In this document: positions 1 through 9,404 of the stretch, in pieces
Numbering within the stretch: position 1 is the first letter of the stretch
Layout of the letters: each line of letters begins with the position of its first letter
Origin: Rhodospirillales bacterium
Lineage (GTDB): Bacteria; Pseudomonadota; Alphaproteobacteria; UBA8366; JADFVY01
Assembly (NCBI GenBank): GCA_020356105.1
Contig: CP070634.1
Location: 3,749,119-3,813,118, forward strand
Length of the DNA: 64,000 nucleotides
Direction of reading: 5' to 3'
The notes under the pieces: model-generated
The model's database searches: none
What the model saw: only the letters and a program-made list of their open reading frames with translations
Told to the model about the DNA's origin: nothing
Made by a program: the position numbers and the translations under genes

Positions 1-47
1 ACGCAGTTTCGCGCCATTGCGACTGAATCGAGGAAAGGAGCGCCACC

Positions 48-764
48 ATGGAAGACGTTGCGAGCTACGGGCAGTTCTGCCCCGTCGCCAAGGCCGCCGA
101 GATCATCACGACGCGTTGGACGCCGCTGATCCTGCGGGAGATGGTCTGCGGCAGCAGGCGCTTCAATGAAATTCACCGCGGCGTTCCGCTGATGTCGCGG
201 ACATTGCTGTCGCGCCGCCTGCGGGAGCTGGAGTCGGCAGGAGTCATCCGGAAAACGCAAGCTACCTCGCCCGAATACCTGCTGACCGAGATGGGCGAGG
301 AGCTGCGCCCCGTCATCATCGCCCTCGGCGCCTGGGGGCTGAAATGGGTCGAGTCGGCCTATGACGGTGACGAATGGGACGCCGGCGTTCTGATGTGGGA
401 CATCAGGCGCCGCATCGATGTCAGCCTGATCGACGGCCGGCGGGTGCTCCAGTTCGAGTATCACGATGCGCCGGCCGCGATGCGCCTGTGGTGGCTGGTC
501 ATCGAAAACCGATCGGCCGATCTGTGCCAGAAGGACCCGGGCCACGACGTCGATCTTTATATCGGCGCATCGGTGCGCAAGATGGCGCGGGTCTGGATCG
601 GAAAAGAGTCGCTGGCCCAGGCGATCGAGGCCGAGGACATCGAACTGCACGGCGACCGCGACCTGATCCAGTCGATGAAGAGATGGTTCAAACTGGCGGT
701 CGTCGCCGAAGTGACGCGCTCGGGATCGCTGCTCGTGATCCCGCCCGTCGCCGCGGGAAGCTGA
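48..764 (+). CDS. HxlR-family winged-helix transcriptional regulator with a long C-terminal extension
   Basis: 238-aa ORF. The N-terminus YGQFCPVAKAAEIITTRWTPLILREM..FNEIHRGVPLMSRTLLSRRLRELESAGVI is the HxlR HTH signature. RBS gaaaggag lies upstream of the ATG at 48. The C-terminal ~120 aa are extra relative to typical short HxlR proteins. Confidence 0.8.
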   Translation: MEDVASYGQFCPVAKAAEIITTRWTPLILREMVCGSRRFNEIHRGVPLMSRTLLSRRLRELESAGVIRKTQATSPEYLLTEMGEELRPVIIALGAWGLKWVESAYDGDEWDAGVLMWDIRRRIDVSLIDGRRVLQFEYHDAPAAMRLWWLVIENRSADLCQKDPGHDVDLYIGASVRKMARVWIGKESLAQAIEAEDIELHGDRDLIQSMKRWFKLAVVAEVTRSGSLLVIPPVAAGS

Positions 765-965
765 GCGCCCGCGAACCTGCGCAACCTGCCGAGCCGACCC
801 CCGGGCCGCGCGATTTCGCCGGCCCGTTTCTTTTGTCCGCCGACGGCGAACAGGTCCAATAACTGTACTATCTGCGTCCGGTAACGCTCTCCATTCTAGG
901 CCAACATTCCACGCCGTCCCCCAGAGGACGGACGCGTTCCTGGCTTCGCAGAAGGAGATCGTTAC

Positions 966-3380
966 ATGTTGCTTGAGACCAAGAACAAGGGGGCGACGAC
1001 CGATCCCGGCGCCGGCTCCTCCCCGAAGGCAAGAAACCTCGACCGCTTCGCCGTCGGTCTGGCCGATGTGGTCATCCGCCGTCGCGTGTGGTTTCTCCTG
1101 GGCTGCCTTGCCATCGCCGTCGCGGCGGGCGCCGGCCTTGGCAAATTGCAGGTATCGACCAACTACCGGGTCTTTTTCAGCGCCGAGAACCCCGATCTCA
1201 TGGCGTTCGAAGCGTTTGAGAAGACCTTTACGAAGAACGACAATTTCCTGTTCGTCGTCAAGCCGCGCGCCGGCACCGTGACAACGTCCGCCACGATGGC
1301 GGTCATTGAGGAAATGACCCGCGAGGCCTGGCGAATTCCTTTTGCGACCCGCGTCGATTCGTTGACCAACCACCAGCATTCCCATGCGGTGGGCGACGAG
1401 CTGATCGTCGAAGATCTGATCAGGAACGCCGCCGGTCTGACCGACCGTCAGGTCGCGGCGCGCGTCGCGATCGCGGTGGCGGAACCGTTACTGCGCGATC
1501 GCCTGATCTCGCCCGACATGACCACCGCAGGGGTCAACGTGACGCTGCAGTATCCGGGCGAGGATTTGTCGGAGGTGGCGGAGGCAACCGCAGCGGCGCG
1601 AAACCTGGCGGCGCGGATCGAACAGGCCCATCCCGATTTGAAGGTGGCGCTGACCGGCGTCTCTGCCCTCAACAACGCCTTCGCCGAGGCGACCATCGCC
1701 GATGCGGTGACGCTGTTTCCGGCGATGTTCCTGGTCCTCGTCCTGGTCATCTGGCTGATCGTGCGTTCGGTGGCCGGCACCGTTGCGACCCTGGCGATCA
1801 TCACCCTTGCGACCGTCACCGCCCTCGGCATCGCCGGCTGGGCGGGGATCAGCCTGTCGCCGTTCTCGGGCAGCGCGCCGGTCGTGATCCTGACCCTGGC
1901 GCTGGCCGATTCGGTGCACATCCTGATCTCGCAGATCGCGGCCATGAGGGCGGGCAAGCCGAAGGATGCCGCGATCGCCGATGCGCTTCGCAGCAACTTC
2001 CTGGCGGTCACCGTGACCAGCGGTACTACCATCGTCGGCTTCCTGGCGCTCAACTTCTCCGACGCCCCGCCGTTCAACGATCTCGGCAATATCGTCGCCG
2101 TCGGAATCGCCGCCGCGTGGCTGTTCTCGCTCACCTTCTTTCCCGCCTTCCTGTCCCTGGTTCCGTTCACGTTGCCGCCACGGAACGGCATGGACGTGGC
2201 CATGCGGCGGGTTCTTCAGCTGGCGGCCGAGAGGGTGATCCGGCATCACCGCCCGGTCCTCCTGGGGTTCGCGGCGCTGGTGGCGGCGTCGGTGGCGCTG
2301 ATCCCGACCGTGGAACTCAACGACCAGTGGGTCGATTATTTCGACAAACGGGTCGAGTTCCGTGAGGACACGGAATTCGCCATGGACAACCTGACCGGTC
2401 TCTATCTGGTCGAGCTCTCGGTGCCGGCGGCGGGTCCGGGCGCGATCAGCGATCCCGAATACCTGCGCACCCTAGATGCCTTCGCAGCATTCCTGCGGGC
2501 GCAGCCCGAGGTCCAGCACGTCCACGCCTACACCGACACGATCCGCCGCCTGAACATGAACATGAACGGCGACGATCCGGCGTTCTACGCGATCCCGGAC
2601 TCGCGTGAGGCCGCCGCGCAATACCTGCTGCTCTATGAGTTGTCACTGCCCTACGGGCTCGACCTCAACGACCGCGTCAGCCTCGACAAATCCGGGACCC
2701 GCCTGACGATGACCCTGCCGGAGATCTCGACCGAAGGGGTCCTGGACATATCGAGGCGCGCCGAGGAATGGATGGCCGCCAACGGCGCCGCTTTCATGGC
2801 CCCCACCGCAACCGGTGCGCCAATCCTGTTCTCCCACATCTCCGCGCGAAACATCCGCGACATGTTCAGCGGCAACCTGATCGCCATCCTCTTGATCGCG
2901 GCGATCATGGTGGGCGCGCTTCGAAGCCTGCGTTACGGACTGCTCAGCCTGGTCCCGAATATCGTTCCCCTGGTTCTGACATTCGGGATCTGGGTGGCAC
3001 TGGTCGGCGAGATCGGCATGGCCGCGGCCACCGTATCGGCGACCTCGCTGGGCATCATCGTCGATAACACGGTGCACTTCCTCATCAAGTACCTGGCCGC
3101 GCGCAGGACGCGCGGCCTCGAGGCAACCGCCGCGATCCGCCACGCGTTCGAGACAGTGGGACCCGCGGTCCTGGCCAACACAATGATCCTCGTCCTGGGG
3201 TTCGGTGTCCTCGCCTATTCCACCTTCCGGGTGACCGGACAGATGGGAACCCTCACCGCGCTCGCGATCGCCGTGGCCCTGTTCGTGGATTTCATCCTCC
3301 TGCCGGCGCTGTTGCTGGCGGGTCAAACCCCCAAACCTGGAGACGTGAAAAATGAGACATATCAAGCACAAGCCGCGTAG
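966..3380 (+). CDS. MMPL/RND-superfamily (sterol-sensing-domain type) inner-membrane transporter
   Basis: 804-aa ORF with two blocks of multiple hydrophobic helices separated by soluble loops, as in MMPL/HpnN-type RND proteins. RBS gaaggag lies before the ATG at 966. Confidence 0.85.
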   Translation: MLLETKNKGATTDPGAGSSPKARNLDRFAVGLADVVIRRRVWFLLGCLAIAVAAGAGLGKLQVSTNYRVFFSAENPDLMAFEAFEKTFTKNDNFLFVVKPRAGTVTTSATMAVIEEMTREAWRIPFATRVDSLTNHQHSHAVGDELIVEDLIRNAAGLTDRQVAARVAIAVAEPLLRDRLISPDMTTAGVNVTLQYPGEDLSEVAEATAAARNLAARIEQAHPDLKVALTGVSALNNAFAEATIADAVTLFPAMFLVLVLVIWLIVRSVAGTVATLAIITLATVTALGIAGWAGISLSPFSGSAPVVILTLALADSVHILISQIAAMRAGKPKDAAIADALRSNFLAVTVTSGTTIVGFLALNFSDAPPFNDLGNIVAVGIAAAWLFSLTFFPAFLSLVPFTLPPRNGMDVAMRRVLQLAAERVIRHHRPVLLGFAALVAASVALIPTVELNDQWVDYFDKRVEFREDTEFAMDNLTGLYLVELSVPAAGPGAISDPEYLRTLDAFAAFLRAQPEVQHVHAYTDTIRRLNMNMNGDDPAFYAIPDSREAAAQYLLLYELSLPYGLDLNDRVSLDKSGTRLTMTLPEISTEGVLDISRRAEEWMAANGAAFMAPTATGAPILFSHISARNIRDMFSGNLIAILLIAAIMVGALRSLRYGLLSLVPNIVPLVLTFGIWVALVGEIGMAAATVSATSLGIIVDNTVHFLIKYLAARRTRGLEATAAIRHAFETVGPAVLANTMILVLGFGVLAYSTFRVTGQMGTLTALAIAVALFVDFILLPALLLAGQTPKPGDVKNETYQAQAA

Positions 3381-4188
3381 CGCATCGCGCAATACCAGCC
3401 TGCCGACGATCGCTCTCCTGTCGGCGGTCGCAATCGCCGGACTCGCATTGCCGCCGGTCGAGGCCGCGGAGATGAGCGCGTTCGAGATCGCGGCACGGTC
3501 GGACCGGTCGGATCGCGGATTCGAAAGCAGCCGGGTGAAGATGAAGATGGTGCTCCGGAACGCCGCCGGTAAGCAGGCGACCCGGACGCTGGAGCAGGTC
3601 ACCCTGGAAATCCCCGATGAGGATTTCGGCGACAAGAACCTGATTCATTTCAGGTCGCCCGGGGACATTCGCGGTACGGCACTGCTGTCGCACGCGCAGA
3701 TTATTGATCCGGACGCCCAGTGGCTGTTTCTGCCGTCCCTCAAACGCGTCAAGCGCATCTCCTCGGCCAACAAGTCGGGGCCGTTCGTGGGCTCGGAGTT
3801 CGCCTTCGAGGACATCACGGGTCAGGAGCTCAACAAGTTCTCCTACCGCCTGCTGGGGCAGGAACCCTGCGGCGCGCTGACCTGCGATGTTCTCGAACGG
3901 ACCCCGAAATACGCCGATTCGGGCTACACCCGCCAGATCGCCTGGATTGACACGGAGCAATATCAGCTGCGCAGGGTCGATTTCTTCGACCGCAAGAACG
4001 CGCTGCTCAAGACCCTCGAATACGCGGATTACCGCGTATACGGCGGCGACATCTGGCGGTCGCATCATCTGAGTATGGTCAACCATCAGACGGGAAAGAG
4101 CACGGCCCTGATCTATGAGGATTACGTGTTCGGCCTCGATCTGACGCATCGGGACTTCGACAAGTCCCGCCTCAAGCGCCTGCGTTAG
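3352..4188 (+). CDS. LolA-like outer-membrane lipoprotein-sorting family protein (periplasmic)
   Basis: 278-aa ORF with signal peptide (LPTIALLSAVAIAGLALPPVEAAE). Motifs QWLFLPSLKRVKRISSANKSGPFVGSEFAFEDI and NHQTGKSTAL are typical of the LolA-like family often found next to MMPL transporters. It overlaps the upstream gene by 29 nt. Confidence 0.7.
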   Translation: MRHIKHKPRSASRNTSLPTIALLSAVAIAGLALPPVEAAEMSAFEIAARSDRSDRGFESSRVKMKMVLRNAAGKQATRTLEQVTLEIPDEDFGDKNLIHFRSPGDIRGTALLSHAQIIDPDAQWLFLPSLKRVKRISSANKSGPFVGSEFAFEDITGQELNKFSYRLLGQEPCGALTCDVLERTPKYADSGYTRQIAWIDTEQYQLRRVDFFDRKNALLKTLEYADYRVYGGDIWRSHHLSMVNHQTGKSTALIYEDYVFGLDLTHRDFDKSRLKRLR

Positions 4189-4287
4189 CCGACCGGGGGT
4201 GCGGCGCCCGTCTTCGCCGACGGGTGCCGCCCCGCCCCCTGTCAATCACGCGAAACCCCAACCCCACAGCAGTCTGGAGAGGACGAT

Positions 4288-5493
4288 ATGAAACCGTCGG
4301 CCTTGCTTGTTTCGGCCCTGACGTTCGCCACCTGGTCGACAATTTCGGCGGCCGGCGACATCGAGATGTCCGGCTTCGTCAGCCCCGAACTGCTCATCTT
4401 CCAGCATGCGCCCGCCCATCCCGGCCAGCACGAATCGCGGCTGGCGCCATCGCTGGCGATCCAGCCCGAGTTCCGTTACGAACTTGGACCCGATGACCGC
4501 CTGACGGCGATTCCGTTCTTCCGGTGGGACGCCTGGGACAGTGCGCGCACCCACGCGGATCTGCGCGAGTTCAACTGGGCGCATCTCGATGATGGCTGGG
4601 ACCTGCGCGTCGGTGTCGACAGGGTGTTCTGGGGCGTGACCGAATCCCGACACCTGGTCGATATCATCAACCAGACCGACCTGGTGGAAGACCTCGACGG
4701 CGAGGACAAGCTTGGGCAACCGATGGTCAATTTCGGCCTCCAGCGGGATTGGGGCAATCTCAATCTGTTCGCGATGCCGCTGTTTCGTGAACGGACCTTT
4801 GCGGGCCGCGACGGGCGCCTGAGACCCCCGCTTTACATCGACGGCGACGAGGCCGTCTATCTGGGCGATGCCAGCAGGCGCACCCTCGACCTCGCGCTGC
4901 GCTACAGCACGGTGATCGGAGACTGGGATATCGGCCTGTCCCAGTTCCACGGGGTCGGGCGCGAGCCATCGCTGATCCCCGGCACGAATGCATCCGGCGA
5001 ACCGGTCCTCATTCCCGTCTACGAGATCATCGACCAGACGGGCGTCGACGTGCAGGTGACCAAGGGAGCATGGCTGTGGAAGCTGGAGGCGGTCGCCCGG
5101 GCCGGCCAGGGCGAAACCTTCGCGGCGTTCGTTGGCGGTTTCGAGTACACGATCTACGATTTCGCCCAGAGCGGCATCGACCTGGGTTTGCTCGCCGAGT
5201 ACCAATACGACGGACGCGACCCCACCGCGCCGCCGACGATCCATGACAACGATCTGTTCCTCGGCCTGCGACTCGGTTTCAACGACACGCGCGACAGCGC
5301 GCTGCTGGCCGCATTGCTCGTCGACCACAAGACCGGCGCCCGCTATGCGAGCCTTGAGGCGGAGACCCGCCTGTCGGATTTCTGGAGTCTCGATATCGAG
5401 GCCCTGGCAACCGGCAATCTGCCGCCGACCGATCCTGGCTACGGCCTACGACGCGACAACCACCTGCTGATCCGCCTGACGCGGTATTTCTAG
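4288..5493 (+). CDS. Putative outer-membrane beta-barrel protein (uncharacterised)
   Basis: 401-aa ORF with RBS ggagagga and an N-terminal signal peptide (LLVSALTFATWSTISAAG). It has an alternating amphipathic pattern and a C-terminal ..LTRYF aromatic terminus typical of OMPs. Confidence 0.6.
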   Translation: MKPSALLVSALTFATWSTISAAGDIEMSGFVSPELLIFQHAPAHPGQHESRLAPSLAIQPEFRYELGPDDRLTAIPFFRWDAWDSARTHADLREFNWAHLDDGWDLRVGVDRVFWGVTESRHLVDIINQTDLVEDLDGEDKLGQPMVNFGLQRDWGNLNLFAMPLFRERTFAGRDGRLRPPLYIDGDEAVYLGDASRRTLDLALRYSTVIGDWDIGLSQFHGVGREPSLIPGTNASGEPVLIPVYEIIDQTGVDVQVTKGAWLWKLEAVARAGQGETFAAFVGGFEYTIYDFAQSGIDLGLLAEYQYDGRDPTAPPTIHDNDLFLGLRLGFNDTRDSALLAALLVDHKTGARYASLEAETRLSDFWSLDIEALATGNLPPTDPGYGLRRDNHLLIRLTRYF

Positions 5494-5542
5494 CCGCCGG
5501 GGTCGATGGGCCGTTACCGATTCCACGCAAGTGGATGATGCG

Positions 5543-6304
5543 CTAGAGTTTCAGAAGGCCCCAGATCTTGTCGACCGTCTGGGAAATACCGCCGGGGTCC
5601 GCATCCGACTGCGCCGAGCGGTCCGGCGCCTTCTCTTCGAAGACGAGGCTTCGCGCCACGAGAACCTCGCCGTTCCCGTCGATCACCTCGACGGTCCATT
5701 GGCCCTGCGAGTCGCCGGGCAGCCGTTGGGTCGACCAGACCTGCCAGGAATCCGCCATCACCGTGAAGGTCATCTCGTATTTCACGGCATCCTGGTAGAT
5801 CCACCGGTGTGTGACCTGCATCCCATCCATCTTCTTCAGATTGGTAAAGAAGGAGATGTACTGATCCGGGTCGCTCAGCTCAGAGAGTTCGTCCTGCGGA
5901 GAGCGGTTCCGGATTTCCGTTGTGAACACAGCCTGCGTGACTCTTGGCCCTCCTATGAAGGCCCGGAGTATTGGGTTGCGGCCGTTATCGGCCTGGCCGC
6001 TGCCGCTGCCGCTGCCGCCGCCATTGCCGCCGCCATTGCCGCCGCCATTGCCGCCGCCATTACCGCCGCCATTGCCGCCGCCATTGCCGCCCCCGCCGCC
6101 ATTGCCGCCGCCACCACCACCTTTTCCGGCGTGCGCGGATTGTAGCGAGACAGCGAACGGGTCTTGGTCCGCGAGGTCGATCGTGACCGGAGCGGCGAGC
6201 ACGATCGCGACGGTCGAGATCGCCATGACGATTGTTGCGACCGGACGTTTCCTCTGGCGTCCAGTCGATGGCTCGTTCCGTTTCTCTTCGGTCTTGACGG
6301 GCAA
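5543..6304 (-). CDS. DUF2914-like membrane-anchored protein with a Gly/Asn-rich repeat linker
   Basis: 253-aa ORF with a TTG start preceded by gaggac. It has one N-terminal TM helix (VATIVMAISTVAIVLAAPV) and a (GGGN)n/(SG)n linker. The C-terminal domain (VTHRWIYQDAVKYEMTF..WTVEVIDGNGEVL) resembles DUF2914. Confidence 0.65.
   Translation of the reverse strand: MPVKTEEKRNEPSTGRQRKRPVATIVMAISTVAIVLAAPVTIDLADQDPFAVSLQSAHAGKGGGGGGNGGGGGNGGGNGGGNGGGNGGGNGGGNGGGSGSGSGQADNGRNPILRAFIGGPRVTQAVFTTEIRNRSPQDELSELSDPDQYISFFTNLKKMDGMQVTHRWIYQDAVKYEMTFTVMADSWQVWSTQRLPGDSQGQWTVEVIDGNGEVLVARSLVFEEKAPDRSAQSDADPGGISQTVDKIWGLLKL
5997..6120. repeat. Tandem repeat: (GCCGCT)3 followed by ~7 units of 12-bp GCCGCCGCCATT
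   Basis: Read directly from the sequence. Units start at 6015, 6027, 6039, 6051, 6063 (one mismatch) and 6075, with degenerate copies up to 6120. The unit length is in frame and encodes the GGGN repeat on the minus strand. Confidence 0.9.
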
Positions 6305-6358
6305 TTTACAGTCCTCGCTCGCGTCGCGGAGTCCGGGGCGGTTTGCGGCCCTCCCTCG

Positions 6359-6375
6359 ATTAACGATGCGTTAAT
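6359..6375. promoter_or_regulatory. Perfect palindrome ATTAACGATGCGTTAAT (TTAA-N7-TTAA, CtrA-box-like)
   Basis: Seen in the divergent intergenic region between the DUF2914-like gene (start 6304) and polA (start 6542). Confidence 0.4.
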
Positions 6376-6541
6376 ACCTTTCACAACGAACATACGAAGG
6401 GTTTATTCCGACCAAAATCCGGAAAGCCGCCGACATTTTCCATGACATCGTCGGAGGCGCGCAGAAAACAATCATACGAATGACCGCATTCCCTGCGGCT
6501 GCGCCCTTGCTGCCCGCGCTGGCTTCCGGCACAGTGACCGG

Positions 6542-9337
6542 ATGAGCACCGCGCCGGCCCCCAAGCATGTCTATCTGGTCGATGGCTCCGGCTTTATCTT
6601 CCGGGCCTTCCATGCACTGCCGCCGCTCACGCGCCCCGACGGGACGCCGGTTAACGCTGTCTACGGCTTCGTCGCCATGCTCATGAAGCTGCTGGCCGAG
6701 ACCGATGCCGACCACATCGCCGTGCTGTTCGATGCCAAGCGCGAGAATTTCCGCAACGAGATCTATCCCGAATACAAGGCGCACCGCCCGCCCCCGCCGG
6801 AGGAGCTGATCCCACAATTTGCGCTGATCCGGGAGGCGGTCGAGGCATTCAACATCCCGGCGATCGAGATGGAGGGATACGAGGCCGACGATTTGATCGC
6901 GACCTACGCGAAGGAATCAATCAGCCGCGGCGCGGACGTCACCATTGTCTCCTCGGATAAAGATCTGATGCAGCTGGTCTCGGACAAGGTGACCATGCTG
7001 GATGCGATGAAGAACAGGGAGATCGGGCCCGCGCAGGTCGCCGAGAAGTTCGGGCTCGGCCCCGACCATGTCGTCGACATCCAGGCGCTGGCTGGCGATT
7101 CGACAGACAACGTGCCCGGCGTGCCCGGCATCGGCGTCAAGACCGCGGCGCAGCTGATCGCAGAATACGGCGATCTCGATGTGCTGCTGGAACGGGCCGA
7201 AGAGATCAAGCAGCCGAAGCGGCGCCAGAACTTGATCGAAAATGCGGAACTCGCCCGCGTTTCGCGCGAGCTGGTACGCCTTAAGGATGACGTGCCGGTG
7301 AAGGTCCCGCTGGACAGCTTCGCCAAGCGCACGCCCGACCACGAGACGCTGATCGCCTTCCTGAGGGCGCAGGACTTCAAGTCGGTGATCGCCCGGGTCG
7401 AGGCGGCGCATCTTGCCGACGGGGGCGAGCCGTCGGCCGGTTCGGCTGCCGCCCCACCGGCCCCGGGCAAGAGCACCTACGAGCTGGTACAGGATGAGGA
7501 ATCGCTGGCCGAATGGATCGCGGCGGCGACCGCGGCCGGGGCGGTCGCCGTCGACACCGAGACCACCTCGCTGGATGCCACGCGGGCGGAGCTGGTGGGC
7601 GTTTCGCTGTGCGTGGAGCCGGGCCGCGCCTGCTACATCCCGCTCGGCCACAAGGGCGGCGTCACGCAGGGCACGCTCGACCTTGGCGACGGTGAGGGCA
7701 ACGGCGGCGGCGAGGCACCGCAGCAGGTTCCGATAAAGAAAGCGCTGGCGATGCTGAAGCCGATGCTGGAGGACCCGGGAACGCTGAAGATCGGGCAGAA
7801 CCTCAAATACGACATGCTGGTACTGTCGCGCTACGGTATCGACGTTGCGCCAGTCGACGATACGATGCTGCTGTCCTACGTGCTGGATGGCGGGCGCAAC
7901 GGCCATGGCATGGACGAGTTGGCCGAATTGCATCTCGGTCACACCACGATCAAGTACAAGGACGTCGCGGGGACCGGCAAGGCCCAGGTCACTTTCGATT
8001 ACGTGCCGCTCGACAAGGCGCTGGACTACGCCGCGGAGGATGCCGACATCACGCTGCGTCTGCACCGGGTGTTCAAGCCGCGCCTTGTCGCCGAAAGCAT
8101 GGTGACCGTGTATGAGACGATCGAGCGGCCGCTGATCCCGGTCCTCGCGGCGATGGAGCGCGCCGGCGTGCGGGTCGATCCCGAGGCGTTGCGGGCGCTG
8201 TCGCGCGACTTCACCCAGCGAATGGCGGGTCTCGAGGACGAGATCCACGAACTGGCCGGCGAGGACTTCAATATCGGCTCGCCGCGGCAGATCGGCGAGA
8301 TCCTGTTCGACAAGATGGGGCTGGAGGGCGGCAAAAAGGGGAAGACCGGGGCCTACGCCACCGGCGCCGATGTGCTCGAGGACCTCGCGGCGCAGGGTCA
8401 CGACCTGCCGGCCCGGGTGCTCGACTGGCGCCAGCTCGCCAAGCTGAAAAGCACGTATTCGGATGCGCTGGTCGAGCAGATCAATCCGGAGACGGGGCGC
8501 GTCCACACCTCGTTCATGATGGCCGGTGCGTCGACCGGCCGGCTCGCCTCAACCGACCCGAACCTCCAGAATATCCCGGTGCGCACCGAAGAGGGCCGCA
8601 AGATCCGCCGCGCCTTCGTCGCGGAGAAGGGGCGCAAGCTGATCTCGCTCGACTACAGCCAGATCGAGCTGCGCATCGTCGCCCATGTCGCCGGCGTCGA
8701 CGCGCTGCGCCAAGCCTTCCGGGAGGGGCACGACATCCACGCGATGACCGCAAGCCAGGTGTTCGGGATTCCCGAGAAGGGCATGGACCCAATGGTCCGC
8801 CGCAAGGCCAAGGCGATCAATTTCGGCATCATCTACGGTATTTCGCCGTTCGGCCTCGCGCGTCAGCTCGGCATCGAGCAGGGCGAGGCCAGGGCCTATA
8901 TCGACGCCTATTTCGAGAAGTATCCCGGCATCCGCGACTACATGGACGAGATGAAGTCGTATTGCCGCAAGCACGGCCGCGTCGAGACCTTGTACGGCCG
9001 GCGCATCCACATCCCGACGATCGTCGACAAGAACCCGGCGCGGCGCAACTTTGCCGAGCGTCAGGCGATCAATGCGCCGATCCAGGGTACCGCCGCGGAT
9101 ATCATCAAGCGTGCGATGATCCGCGTGCCAAGGGCGCTGGCAGGCGCCAAACTCGACTCGGTGATGCTGCTGCAGGTGCATGACGAACTGCTGTTCGAGG
9201 CGCCGGACAAGGAGGTCGACAAGACGGTCGAGGTGGTGCGCGAGGTGATGGAGGGCGCCGCCGGCCCGGCGATTGACCTGTCCGTGCCACTGGTCGTCGA
9301 CGCGGGTATCGGCGGCAACTGGGCCGAGGCGCATTAG
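6542..9337 (+). CDS. polA: DNA polymerase I
   Basis: 931-aa ORF. It has a 5'-nuclease N-terminus (YLVDGSGFIFRAFHALP), a 3'-5' exonuclease region and polymerase motifs (RRKAKAINFGIIYG, QVHDELLFE). Confidence 0.97.
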   Translation: MSTAPAPKHVYLVDGSGFIFRAFHALPPLTRPDGTPVNAVYGFVAMLMKLLAETDADHIAVLFDAKRENFRNEIYPEYKAHRPPPPEELIPQFALIREAVEAFNIPAIEMEGYEADDLIATYAKESISRGADVTIVSSDKDLMQLVSDKVTMLDAMKNREIGPAQVAEKFGLGPDHVVDIQALAGDSTDNVPGVPGIGVKTAAQLIAEYGDLDVLLERAEEIKQPKRRQNLIENAELARVSRELVRLKDDVPVKVPLDSFAKRTPDHETLIAFLRAQDFKSVIARVEAAHLADGGEPSAGSAAAPPAPGKSTYELVQDEESLAEWIAAATAAGAVAVDTETTSLDATRAELVGVSLCVEPGRACYIPLGHKGGVTQGTLDLGDGEGNGGGEAPQQVPIKKALAMLKPMLEDPGTLKIGQNLKYDMLVLSRYGIDVAPVDDTMLLSYVLDGGRNGHGMDELAELHLGHTTIKYKDVAGTGKAQVTFDYVPLDKALDYAAEDADITLRLHRVFKPRLVAESMVTVYETIERPLIPVLAAMERAGVRVDPEALRALSRDFTQRMAGLEDEIHELAGEDFNIGSPRQIGEILFDKMGLEGGKKGKTGAYATGADVLEDLAAQGHDLPARVLDWRQLAKLKSTYSDALVEQINPETGRVHTSFMMAGASTGRLASTDPNLQNIPVRTEEGRKIRRAFVAEKGRKLISLDYSQIELRIVAHVAGVDALRQAFREGHDIHAMTASQVFGIPEKGMDPMVRRKAKAINFGIIYGISPFGLARQLGIEQGEARAYIDAYFEKYPGIRDYMDEMKSYCRKHGRVETLYGRRIHIPTIVDKNPARRNFAERQAINAPIQGTAADIIKRAMIRVPRALAGAKLDSVMLLQVHDELLFEAPDKEVDKTVEVVREVMEGAAGPAIDLSVPLVVDAGIGGNWAEAH

Positions 9338-9404
9338 CCGGTCCTTGCAGGGCGCGGCTCGAAGCCCTAATTGTCCAGGAATTGAACAGCGCGAGGAGCG
9401 ATCC

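Noticed and set aside
5997-6120. Possible CRISPR-like array.
   Set aside because: The units are 12 bp, contiguous and without spacers, and they lie in frame inside a coding region. No cas genes are nearby.
5922-6374. Plus-strand ORF encoding a (LPPP)n repeat protein.
   Set aside because: It is the antisense reading of the GCCGCCGCCATT tandem repeat. The minus-strand frame has an RBS, a TM anchor and a recognisable C-terminal domain.
6917-8506. 529-aa ORF antisense to polA. Similar long antisense or out-of-frame ORFs occur at 27160..28965, 32337..34331, 35330..37780, 23066..24673, 25084..26394, 41648..42775 and 44750..46249.
   Set aside because: They overlap genes with unmistakable family motifs on the other strand or frame. 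Their translations are Arg/Pro/Gly/Ala-rich low-information sequence typical of stop-poor frames in GC-rich DNA.
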